Origin: an uncultured Chloroflexia bacterium
GTDB taxonomy: Bacteria; Chloroflexota; Chloroflexia; QHBQ01; JADMIH01
Reading direction: 5' to 3'
Length of the DNA stretch: 64,000 bases
Assembly: GCA_963797095.1 (NCBI GenBank)
Contig: CAWCNY010000002.1
Location: forward strand, 1,088,001-1,152,000
Shown here: piece by piece, positions 1-8,592 of the stretch
Layout of the letters: every line of letters begins with the position of its first letter
Position numbering within the stretch: the first letter of the stretch is position 1
Notes under the pieces: model-generated
What the model saw: only the letters and a program-made list of their open reading frames with translations
Told to the model about the DNA's origin: nothing
Databases searched by the model: none
Made by a program: the position numbers and the translations under genes

Positions 1-1
1 G

Positions 2-2026
2 TGGATCTATGAGTACACTCCTGGCGATAGCTCCTACGTCCTCAAGAACGCCAGGCTTGATAACTGCCGCTACAGCCTCCGCTTCACCTCCAACATGGCT
101 GGTGGTGTCCTCAACGATGGTACAGGCACCTACATCTATGCCGTTGGTGGCTCCAACGTAGATAGCGTCGCCACCAACATGGTGCGTGTGTACGACCCGG
201 TTGCGGATACAGTCACTACCCTCACCAGCGACCCGTGGCCGGCCAGTCCAACCAGGATACCAGGTGGGTATGCAGTGTACAACAACAAACTGTACATCTT
301 CGGAGGGTACGTATCCCAACCCTCATCAGTGGTGTACTCAGACACATGGGTATTCGACCCGACAGCCTCAGCAGGCTCAAAGTGGTCCCAGATAGCAAGT
401 GCCAACCTGAGTGTAGCCAGAGGGTTCATAGGAGGGGCATCACTCGATGGGTGGCTGTACGCAGTGGGAGGCAACGTCATAACAGGAGTAGTAACCACCA
501 CCGTGACCCCGCAGACAGTGGTGGAGAGGATGGACCCAGGAGCAGGCAGTCCCACATGGCAGGCGGTAGCGAGTTTACCGGTAGCGAGGGGAGATGTAGG
601 AATATGGGCATACGACAGTACAAGCGGGTATGAGATAGGTGGGAAGCTAGTGATAGGGGGAGGGGGGTGGCCGGTACCGGACACGAGTGCCTACATCTAC
701 GACCCCACAACAGACAGTTGGAGCACCTTTGCATCACTGCTAAGGGCGAGGAGGGACGTAGGGCACACAGAGTTAGACGGGAAGCTGTACGCATTTGGAG
801 GGTACAATGTAACAGACAGCTACTATGGTGCCAACGACAGCATGGTCTATGACGCCACTGCCGGGGGTACCACGCCCACCAACACGCCTGTGTTGCCCAC
901 CGGTACGCCTACCAATTCACCAACGCGCACTAACACGCCAAGTAACACACCGCTACCTCCAACAAGCACCTCCACGCGCACGAATACGCCTGTGCCGCCT
1001 ACCAACACGCCTACCAACACGCCTACCAACACGCCTACCAACACCCCAACTAACACTCCAACGGATCCCCCCACTAATACGCCTACCAATATGCCCACCA
1101 ACACGCCTACCAATACCAACACTCCGGTGCCGCAAACTGCCACCAACACAACGGTGCCATCTACGAACACGGCGGTTGCGACCAATACCCCTACCAATAC
1201 GAACACTCCCGTACCTACCAATACCCCAACGAGCACGAACACACCCATAGACACCCCAACCGACACCCCAACCGACACCCCAACCGACACTCCTGTACCG
1301 CCAAGTACTCCCGCCAGCACAGACACGCCCGTGCCTCCAAGTGATACGCCTGTGCCGACAGACACTGCCGTGCCCCCGACTGACACTCCAGTGCTTTCGA
1401 CACCTACTACCTGTACCTTGAGCTTCTCAGATGTTCCGTCCGGCAGCACGTTCTACCCATATGTTATCTGCCTTGCCTGCCACGGCATAGTAACCGGCTA
1501 TCCTGATGGAACGTTCCGCCCGGATAACAATGTGACCAGGGGTCAGCTTGCCAAGATCGTGTCCAACTCGGCAGGGTTCGATGATGTGCCGGGCGCGCAG
1601 ATGTTCGCAGACATAGCACCGGGCTCCACCTTCTTCGATTTCGTTCAGCGTCTCGCCTCTCGCGGGTTTATAGGCGGTTATGCATGTGGCGGATCCGGTG
1701 AGCCTTGTGGAGCAGGCAACCTGCCATACTTCAGGCCGAACAATAACGCCGCGCGTGGGCAGATAGCCAAAATCGTCAGCAGTACGGCGGGCTTTGGCGG
1801 CGACCCTGGCGTACAGATCTTCGAGGATGTGCCGCTAGGCTCCGCCTTCTTCGACTACGCACAGCAACTCGCCATGCGCGGAATAGTGAGCGGTTATGAC
1901 TGCGGCGGGCCGGGAGAGCCGTGCGGTCCAGGCAACAGGCCCTACTTCAGGCCCAACGAGAACGCTACACGCGGGCAGATAGCCAAGATCGTATCTATCA
2001 CTTTCTTCCCGGATTGTGATCTATAG
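2..2026 (+). CDS. Kelch-repeat beta-propeller + Pro/Thr linker + Cys-rich SLH module surface protein (5'-truncated)
   Basis: Frame is open from position 2. Kelch motifs (LYIFGG, LYAVGG, YDP..W), PTNT repeats, three SLH-like repeats (F.DVP.GSTFY, FRP.NN.TRGQ.AKIV). Confidence 0.85.
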   Translation, partial: WIYEYTPGDSSYVLKNARLDNCRYSLRFTSNMAGGVLNDGTGTYIYAVGGSNVDSVATNMVRVYDPVADTVTTLTSDPWPASPTRIPGGYAVYNNKLYIFGGYVSQPSSVVYSDTWVFDPTASAGSKWSQIASANLSVARGFIGGASLDGWLYAVGGNVITGVVTTTVTPQTVVERMDPGAGSPTWQAVASLPVARGDVGIWAYDSTSGYEIGGKLVIGGGGWPVPDTSAYIYDPTTDSWSTFASLLRARRDVGHTELDGKLYAFGGYNVTDSYYGANDSMVYDATAGGTTPTNTPVLPTGTPTNSPTRTNTPSNTPLPPTSTSTRTNTPVPPTNTPTNTPTNTPTNTPTNTPTDPPTNTPTNMPTNTPTNTNTPVPQTATNTTVPSTNTAVATNTPTNTNTPVPTNTPTSTNTPIDTPTDTPTDTPTDTPVPPSTPASTDTPVPPSDTPVPTDTAVPPTDTPVLSTPTTCTLSFSDVPSGSTFYPYVICLACHGIVTGYPDGTFRPDNNVTRGQLAKIVSNSAGFDDVPGAQMFADIAPGSTFFDFVQRLASRGFIGGYACGGSGEPCGAGNLPYFRPNNNAARGQIAKIVSSTAGFGGDPGVQIFEDVPLGSAFFDYAQQLAMRGIVSGYDCGGPGEPCGPGNRPYFRPNENATRGQIAKIVSITFFPDCDL

Positions 2027-2037
2027 AGAAGAATCAA

Positions 2038-2078
2038 GCAAAGAAAATGGGCCGCATGACGCGGCCCATTTTCTTTGC
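2038..2078. terminator. Bidirectional intrinsic terminator
   Basis: GCAAAGAAAATGGGCCGC-atgac-GCGGCCCATTTTCTTTGC between convergent genes. Confidence 0.85.
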
Positions 2079-2090
2079 CATTTGTGTTGG

Positions 2091-4355
2091 CTAAGAGGTG
2101 CGTTGTGAGCTATCGTAGAAGTACGCCCCTTCGGTGGTCTCGTCCGGGTAGAAGAATGGATAAGCCCCCGACAGCAAGCTGCGCAGCCAGCTTCGCGACA
2201 TTGGCCGCTCCAGGTTGACCACGGGGAAGAGGTCATCCAGGATCGCCCACAGTTTGCCGTCATTGCTCTCACCAACCGCCTCGAAAGCGTTGGCTATGAT
2301 TACTTCCGGCTTCCTGCGGTCGGCATCGTCCAGTTTCTTCTGGTTGTGCAACTTACCGAACTTCTCCTGGGTCAAAAGCATGTTGGGGTCGGTGCCGACC
2401 ACGAACTGCACGGGCCGGAACACCCATCTCCCCTTGCGCTCGTCAAGCTGAATAAGGTTGGCTTCTTCCTCTTCGGTGCGCACGAAGTGTATCTCAAATA
2501 CGTCCTCGCCACGGTCGGTGGGGGTGATGGTGAACTTTGCGCCCGGCACCATATGGTCGGTGAAAAGCTCGCTCAGGCCCATAATGAAGCCGCCCCGGTT
2601 GCCGGTTGGGTATCGTAGCTCGGCAAGGAGGGAGCCGTAGAGTTGTGGCACCTCGAAGCGGAGAAGCGATGCGCGCTGGTCCTCGAAGACACCCCCTGGG
2701 AAGACGCGTTTGAAGCGTAGGTCGTAGGGCAGGACGCCATGCTCGTACTCGTAGTAGGTCAGCGAGTATTCCATCGGCCCGCCGCTGTAGGCACGTATAG
2801 CTTCGTCTTCCTCTTCGGTTTCCAAAACGGTGGGGTCTTCCAGGAAGCGATAGTCCTGCCCGATCTCTGCCGGTTTGCGGGTGGCTGGGGGCAATACAGG
2901 CGACGAGCCTGCGTTCACCCAGAGGCGGTCGCCGTCGATGCCGACGAACTCGAAATCTTTCTTCTCCTTGAGGAGGCGGAAATCGAGTGAGAAGCGCACG
3001 CGATCATATGCCGGGTCATCGAGTCGGCGTCCCAGGACATCGGCCATAATATCGCGATCGGATGCCACACCTCCGGTCTCAGGCTCGTCCAGGTATTCTT
3101 TGATCCTGCGGTAATCGCCTTTACTGAAGCGTTCCGTCGCCTCTTCGGGGAATATGTCGGAGCCGAAAGTAATAAGCCGTGTGTCGTTTTCGACCGCTGC
3201 TGCCATCATACCGCCAAGCGCGGCTGCCACGTTATCATCCAGCAAAATTTCATCGACAGACTGGTTGAGGTCAATTGTAACAGGCCCTTGCTCGGTCGCC
3301 AGCGTAACCTCTACAGGCCCCGTTACGACGGGGGCGGCCGGGGTTGGCGGTGCGGCGGTTGCCGGGCGTGTGGCGGGCGTGGCGGGTGATGTAGGCGTGA
3401 CCGGTGCCGCCGGGGTCGCGGGTTTACCGGCAGCCTGGGCTTCAACCGGGGCTTCTGTGGTTGTATCAGTAACTGTGGTTGTGGCAGGTGGGGTTGCCTC
3501 TTCGGCGGGTGTGGCGACTGGTGTTTCTGCTCGGCGCGCTGCTGCCTCTTCTTCCGGTTTTGTTGTAGTCCGGGCCGCCGTGGTGGGGGTCGTTGGAGTG
3601 GTCGGAGCGGTTGCTGGAGTCGTGGGTACGCTCACGGCAGGTTCGGCCACGCCCTGGGCTTGAGATGTTGCGTTGGCAGCTTCGGCAGGACGTGCGGTAG
3701 GGGCAATTGCTGGAGGTTGTGTTGTAGGCGTGGCAGCGGATGCGGCGGCAGGCGTAGCGGGAGCCTGGACAGTCGGCTCCGGCGGTCGCTCACGGACGAC
3801 TTGCGCTTGCGGGATGAGGGTTGGCTTCTCGGTGCTACGGCTATATGGCGTGGTAGGTAGTGGCGGATATGCCGGGCCGACAACGCTGCGAGATGGCATC
3901 TCTTCTATTTCCACTTCCTCAAGCATGGCGCTCTTCTCGGCGCGGCTACTCGACTGGCTTTGCAGGTGCGTCTTATATTCCTCCGCCTCCTCGGGAGCGA
4001 GCACTGTTGCTTCCTGGTTGAGTCTTTCCCTGAAGGTATGGGTGCTGTCGGCTCCGCCTGTGTTTGGTGCGTGACCTGCCTTGGTGGTTGCGAATTCTCC
4101 GTCGCCCATATCGGCGAACACATCGGGGTTGGCTTGCAGGGCGGCCTCCAACCTCGTTGCGAGGTCCGCCGGCTTGGTGCCCGCGTATGGCCCACCTGCT
4201 TTGGTGAGCATCTCGGCTATGGCTGCGAGCGACATTTTCATGGGCGCATTGACGGCATACAGAGGATATTTACGCTTGACTACATCAAACGCGCGGGCCG
4301 CCATCTCCTGTTCTTCTTTTGTACCGTGAAACGCTACCTGTACTGCTCCTGTCAT
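2091..4355 (-). CDS. Hypothetical multidomain protein (putative winged-helix domains, Pro/Ala/Thr linker)
   Basis: 754-aa ORF with GGAG RBS; globular N- and C-terminal parts around a low-complexity linker. Confidence 0.75.
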   Translation of the reverse strand: MTGAVQVAFHGTKEEQEMAARAFDVVKRKYPLYAVNAPMKMSLAAIAEMLTKAGGPYAGTKPADLATRLEAALQANPDVFADMGDGEFATTKAGHAPNTGGADSTHTFRERLNQEATVLAPEEAEEYKTHLQSQSSSRAEKSAMLEEVEIEEMPSRSVVGPAYPPLPTTPYSRSTEKPTLIPQAQVVRERPPEPTVQAPATPAAASAATPTTQPPAIAPTARPAEAANATSQAQGVAEPAVSVPTTPATAPTTPTTPTTAARTTTKPEEEAAARRAETPVATPAEEATPPATTTVTDTTTEAPVEAQAAGKPATPAAPVTPTSPATPATRPATAAPPTPAAPVVTGPVEVTLATEQGPVTIDLNQSVDEILLDDNVAAALGGMMAAAVENDTRLITFGSDIFPEEATERFSKGDYRRIKEYLDEPETGGVASDRDIMADVLGRRLDDPAYDRVRFSLDFRLLKEKKDFEFVGIDGDRLWVNAGSSPVLPPATRKPAEIGQDYRFLEDPTVLETEEEDEAIRAYSGGPMEYSLTYYEYEHGVLPYDLRFKRVFPGGVFEDQRASLLRFEVPQLYGSLLAELRYPTGNRGGFIMGLSELFTDHMVPGAKFTITPTDRGEDVFEIHFVRTEEEEANLIQLDERKGRWVFRPVQFVVGTDPNMLLTQEKFGKLHNQKKLDDADRRKPEVIIANAFEAVGESNDGKLWAILDDLFPVVNLERPMSRSWLRSLLSGAYPFFYPDETTEGAYFYDSSQRTS

Positions 4356-4430
4356 GCTTACTCCAGTTGTCGGGGTCGAATCGAATTGTCCTGATCTGGT
4401 TTGGGTGGTATATCAGCAATTAATGCGGGT

Positions 4431-4574
4431 CTATCTTATACCGCGCTCCTCCCGCAACAATTCAATGTAGCGCCGGACCAGCGACTCGATAGTCTGAGGC
4501 TTGCCCGTGCGCCGCATCCAGTCAATAAGGCGCTCCATGTCACGCATGGAAATTGTGATTTCTTTACCTGGCAA
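4431..4574 (-). CDS. Small 47-aa hypothetical protein
   Basis: AAGGAG 5 nt before a TTG start; amphipathic helical sequence; co-oriented with the 754-aa gene. Confidence 0.6.
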   Translation of the reverse strand: MPGKEITISMRDMERLIDWMRRTGKPQTIESLVRRYIELLREERGIR

Positions 4575-4688
4575 TTTAGCTCCTTCTCCTTGGTTCGATC
4601 CATTTACAAATATTAATGGCAACATTGCGCCAAGCTATTTTACCGTATAGAGCCGGGGATGGCAATGCGCACACACATTATGACAAAA

Positions 4689-4717
4689 TTGACAAAGCGG
4701 TCATGCTCGTTTAGAAT
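4689..4717 (+). promoter_or_regulatory. sigma70-type promoter
   Basis: TTGACA-N17-TAGAAT upstream of 4754. Confidence 0.7.
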
Positions 4718-4753
4718 CGGCACAACTCTAACCTGTAATAGAGGCGGGCGATT

Positions 4754-5239
4754 ATGGCGTTGAGTGAGATCGCGGCCTGGGTCGCGCTTGGGTTGTCGCT
4801 GGTGCTTCTGGTGCTGTTTGCCTGGCAAACGGTGCGCTTAGGCAATATAGAACGGCGATATAAGGCGCTGACCGGTGGGGAAGGGTCGGGGGGCGCGCCT
4901 ACGCTCGGTGAGCTGGTTGTGGGGCAGGGGCAAAAGCTCGATAAGACCGCCAAAGACCTCTCCGGGCTGACCGATACCGTGAAAACGATGGAGAAATCGG
5001 TGCAGGGGAGCGTACAGCACGTCGGCCTTGTGCGCTTCAACCCCTTTCAGGAGACGGGTGGAGATCAGAGTTTCGCGCTGGCTCTGCTCGATGGTCGCGG
5101 TGATGGCATAGTGATCAGCAGCCTGCACAGCCGGGCCGTGACACGCTTCTACGCCAAGCCTATCAAGGGGGGAGCATCCCAACTGTCGCTTTCCGACGAA
5201 GAGGCGCAGGCGGTACAAATGGCACTACGAAGCCAGTAG
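4754..5239 (+). CDS. DUF4446 family membrane-anchored coiled-coil protein
   Basis: N-terminal TM helix, coiled coil, GLVRFNPF..GGDQSFALALLD...G.V.SSLHSR motif. Confidence 0.85.
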   Translation: MALSEIAAWVALGLSLVLLVLFAWQTVRLGNIERRYKALTGGEGSGGAPTLGELVVGQGQKLDKTAKDLSGLTDTVKTMEKSVQGSVQHVGLVRFNPFQETGGDQSFALALLDGRGDGIVISSLHSRAVTRFYAKPIKGGASQLSLSDEEAQAVQMALRSQ

Positions 5240-5446
5240 CCTGCGCCAATGATCCTCCCCAATACAGAGCAAAAGCGCTGAAGTGATGTTTCCAAATGTG
5301 GCACAAAAATGCTATAACTAAGGTGTATTGAACTAGCGGAAACGGATCACTTGTGTATAGTGCGTGTGGCTATAAAGAACCCCCTGCCATCCAGCTTCTA
5401 AAGGGGAAGGGCCGGACGCAACATATCGTTTCAGGAGCCAGGGTAA

Positions 5447-6628
5447 ATGAGCACGCTTCGCAGTTTGCGGGAGAGAAAAGGATTTACAGTATCGCAGTTG
5501 GCGGCAAAAGCCAGCATCCCTTCCAGGCTTATCGCCGATTATGAAGAGGGCAAGACCTCGATCACCCTCACCCATGCCAGATTGCTTGCCAAAGCCTTGT
5601 GGGTAGGGATCGAGGACCTGATGCCCCCAGCCGGGGCTATACCTCCCTCGCCATCGCAATCGCCGCCTGTGCAGTCCGCACCACCTGTGCAGAGGCAGGC
5701 CCCTTCCCCTCCACAGACGGCCCAGCGTCCGGCGCCGCCCCCTCCGAGGCAAGCGCCCGATCCGGGCACCGGTGGCGGGCAGAGCCAGACCTACGGGCGG
5801 AGCCAGACCTACGGGCAAGCGCAAGGGCAGGGTTACAGGCAGGACAGGCACGATTATCCCGGAGGCCAGAGCACACGTGTGGATACCCCACGTCCCCAAC
5901 GGCCCGCTGGTTATGAAGGCCGAGAGGGTGGTCATGGGCAGCATAGAGGAGCGGGAGATAGCGCGGGTGGTGGCCGTCAGGTGCGCAGCCCGCGCCCTGC
6001 ACCTCCGCCGCCCAGCGCTATTAGCGAGGGCCAGGTCCAGGAGCTTGAACGATTAGCTGTCAAGTTAGAGATTACACTTGAGCAATTGGAAGAGCGAATC
6101 GGCAAGAAGGTGCCGGAGTTGAGCAGGCCCGAAGCCAAAGATTGGATCAAGCGAGTGCGCGGCATGGCGGAGGAACTTGCACCCAGCAAGAAAGCGGCTT
6201 ACGGCCAATGGCCCGGCGGCCACGTCGATCAGGAAGCGTCGTACCTCGCTTCACAGAAAGAGGCAGGTGCCTATTTCCGGTTCAAATTGTTCAACGGAGA
6301 AGAGATCGGCGGCACAATCACCGATTTCACCCCCTACACGATCACGATCAGCTCGAACGGAAGCGGTGATGACGTTGTGCTGCGCAAGCTTGCCATCGCC
6401 TACTACCGGCGTAGCGACCAGCCCGCTGCCGGAGAGGAGCCTGCGTCTGCGGATGCCACTTCCCAGGCAGCCCCAAAGCGCACCCGCGCATCCAAAGCGC
6501 ACGCCCCCACGCATAACCACGAGCGCGACGATCAGCACCAACCTCTCGCTACAGGCATAGATTCCGACCGCCCCGATGAGCCGGGAGCGCCCGAAGTCGA
6601 CAATATGGACGAAGATCGGGGGCTGTAG
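5447..6628 (+). CDS. XRE HTH + disordered linker + Hfq/Sm-like domain fusion protein
   Basis: LRSLRERKGFTVSQLA..YEEG HTH; FKLFNGEEIGGTITDFTPYTITI...VVLRKLAI resembles Hfq Sm1/Sm2 motifs; GGAG RBS. Confidence 0.75.
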   Translation: MSTLRSLRERKGFTVSQLAAKASIPSRLIADYEEGKTSITLTHARLLAKALWVGIEDLMPPAGAIPPSPSQSPPVQSAPPVQRQAPSPPQTAQRPAPPPPRQAPDPGTGGGQSQTYGRSQTYGQAQGQGYRQDRHDYPGGQSTRVDTPRPQRPAGYEGREGGHGQHRGAGDSAGGGRQVRSPRPAPPPPSAISEGQVQELERLAVKLEITLEQLEERIGKKVPELSRPEAKDWIKRVRGMAEELAPSKKAAYGQWPGGHVDQEASYLASQKEAGAYFRFKLFNGEEIGGTITDFTPYTITISSNGSGDDVVLRKLAIAYYRRSDQPAAGEEPASADATSQAAPKRTRASKAHAPTHNHERDDQHQPLATGIDSDRPDEPGAPEVDNMDEDRGL

Positions 6629-6630
6629 CC

Positions 6631-7089
6631 ATGAGCCTGAGCGACTACATAAAGTACCAGAGGGCTTTGAAGGGCGGCCTGACGCCCTGGGAGATCGCGG
6701 AGGGAAGTGGAGTGCCATCGCGCGAGGTGCACCTCATCGAGGTGAAGCACAGGCGCATGGGCGAAGATGACTCCGTCCTTCAGAAACTGGCCGACTACTT
6801 CGGAGTGCCCATAGCTGAGCTTGCGGGCAGGCGCGAGGCATACCGCAAGCGGATGATCTCGTTCCTGGAGGACTATATTCGCGACGAGCGAACGGTGAGC
6901 CTCCGGCTGGAAGGCGGTGAGGAGGTCGGAGGCGTGCCCATCTGGTATTCCAGGGAAGCGGTAGCGCTACGTGCCCAGGATGCAACCGAGGAATCAGATG
7001 ATTTGTGTATAGTGCAGAGGGCATGGGTGGCGGATTGGAAAGCGGGTGACGCGCCTGATTGGGAAGTGGGAGCGCCTGCCACTCTATAG
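6631..7089 (+). CDS. XRE HTH + divergent Hfq/Sm-like domain protein
   Basis: HTH (LTPWEIAEGSGV..IE..LQKLADYFGVP); FLEDYIRDERTVSLRLEGGEEVGG...IVQRAWV Sm-like; starts 2 nt after the upstream stop. Confidence 0.7.
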   Translation: MSLSDYIKYQRALKGGLTPWEIAEGSGVPSREVHLIEVKHRRMGEDDSVLQKLADYFGVPIAELAGRREAYRKRMISFLEDYIRDERTVSLRLEGGEEVGGVPIWYSREAVALRAQDATEESDDLCIVQRAWVADWKAGDAPDWEVGAPATL

Positions 7090-7095
7090 ACACTG

Positions 7096-7122
7096 AGAGA
7101 CCCGCCGCCTGGCGGGTTTTCT
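7096..7122 (+). terminator. Intrinsic terminator closing the HTH-Sm gene pair
   Basis: ACCCGCC-gcct-GGCGGGT followed by TTT. Confidence 0.7.
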
Positions 7123-7128
7123 GTTACT

Positions 7129-8292
7129 ATGGTGAACCCGATGGTAGATGCACAGGCAAGCGCAGGACTAAAGGAAGAACTGGACCCTGAGCGGCAGGAG
7201 AAGGCGCGCCGCTACGCACGTATTCAGCGTATATTTTCGTTCGTTGACCTCGCTATCGTAGCAGTTGTGCTCGTGCTGCTCCTGGTCACTAACCTGTCCA
7301 TTGGTCTTCGTGACTGGGTCGAGGGCATGGGCGGGCCGCGCCTGCTGAGCGTCGCTTTGTACGGAATTGTGGTGAGTGCGGTGTTTATCATCCTCTCATT
7401 GCCCCTCGACTTCTACAGTGATTATGTGCTCCCGAAGCGCTACGGTTTGCTGACTCAGAGCCTGGGCGGGTGGGCGCTCAATTCGGTCAAAAGCCTGGTC
7501 CTAACGGGTGTGCTGGGGCTGCTGGGGCTTGAGGCGTTATACATCTTGCTCGATGCCTGGCCTCAGTGGTGGTGGGTCGCGATGGCGGCTCTGCTGTGGC
7601 TCTTCTCGGTGGCGGCTGCGTGGCTTGCGCCTTTACTGCTCATGCCTCTCTTCTACAAGTTCAAGCCTCTCGACGATCCTGAGTTGGTGGCCCGACTTAC
7701 CAGGCTGGCAGAACAGGCCGGGACGCGGGTAGAGGGCGTCTATGTGATGGATATGAGCAGCAGGACTACCGCCGCCAATGCCATGCTGGCGGGTATGGGC
7801 AGCACCCGCCGTATCATCCTGGGCGATACCTTGCTGGCTAATTATACTTACGACGAAATAGAAACGGTGCTGGCCCACGAGTTGGCTCACCACGTGCACA
7901 ACGACCTGCTGCTAGGGTTGGCCGCCCAGGCCGTCATTATCACTGTGGGCATGTGGGTTGCCTCTGTGCTGCTTGCCTGGGGTGTTGGAGCCTTTGGGTT
8001 CAGCAGTGTTGCCGACATAGCGGCCTTGCCGTTATTCGTGCTGACAATGAGCGTCTTCGGACTTGTGACAGCCCCTCTTGTCAACTTCCTATCGAGGGGC
8101 AGAGAGCGCGCCGCTGACCTATACGCCCTGAAGACCACAGGCAACGTGCAGGCGTTCCGCTCGATGATGCTCAAGTTAGCAAACCAGAACCTCTCGGACG
8201 CCAACCCACCCGCCTGGGTGCGCATAATGTTCTACAGCCACCCGCCCGTAGCCGAAAGAGTAAAGCTGGCCGAAGCAAGAAGTGAGACGTGA
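7129..8292 (+). CDS. M48 family (Ste24-like) membrane zinc metallopeptidase
   Basis: Multiple TM helices, ANA..G.G..RRI.L.DTL, HELAH, E..AD, YSHPP..ER. Confidence 0.92.
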   Translation: MVNPMVDAQASAGLKEELDPERQEKARRYARIQRIFSFVDLAIVAVVLVLLLVTNLSIGLRDWVEGMGGPRLLSVALYGIVVSAVFIILSLPLDFYSDYVLPKRYGLLTQSLGGWALNSVKSLVLTGVLGLLGLEALYILLDAWPQWWWVAMAALLWLFSVAAAWLAPLLLMPLFYKFKPLDDPELVARLTRLAEQAGTRVEGVYVMDMSSRTTAANAMLAGMGSTRRIILGDTLLANYTYDEIETVLAHELAHHVHNDLLLGLAAQAVIITVGMWVASVLLAWGVGAFGFSSVADIAALPLFVLTMSVFGLVTAPLVNFLSRGRERAADLYALKTTGNVQAFRSMMLKLANQNLSDANPPAWVRIMFYSHPPVAERVKLAEARSET

Positions 8293-8320
8293 GGACGAAG
8301 CATCCGCAAGAGCAATCCCG

Positions 8321-8397
8321 AAAACTATACCAAAGTACACCCCAAAACCTGTCCAGATTTGTCCCACCAATGCCATTTAGTAAGTGAGGCCGAATCC
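8321..8397 (+). repeat. Dispersed ~65-bp intergenic element, copy A
   Basis: AAAGTACACCCCAAAACCTGTCCAGATTTGT...CAATGCCATTTAGTA; recurs near 31.9 kb (+) and 48.0 kb (-). Confidence 0.85.
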
Positions 8398-8512
8398 AAC
8401 ACCAGGATCGAGCATCAAGCAGAAAAGCACCAGCAACCAAAGGTCCACATCCGGTGATCAGAAGTCGCAATCAGGAAGTAGGAACTAGGAACCAGGAACT
8501 CGCTACATCTCC

Positions 8513-8541
8513 TTGCAGTATAGTGAGCAGCAGACTATAAT
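8513..8541 (+). promoter_or_regulatory. sigma70-type promoter
   Basis: TTGCAG-N17-TATAAT. Confidence 0.6.
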
Positions 8542-8592
8542 CGCATGCTAGGTGGGAGTGCGATCCTCATTCGATTGGAAAGGAGCGGTCTC

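Noticed and set aside
860-1410. 12-bp ACCAACACGCCT-type repeats as a non-coding array
   Set aside because: They encode the in-frame PTNT linker; the Val/Gly-rich antisense ORFs here and at 3154, 44774, 48852 and 52812 are shadows.
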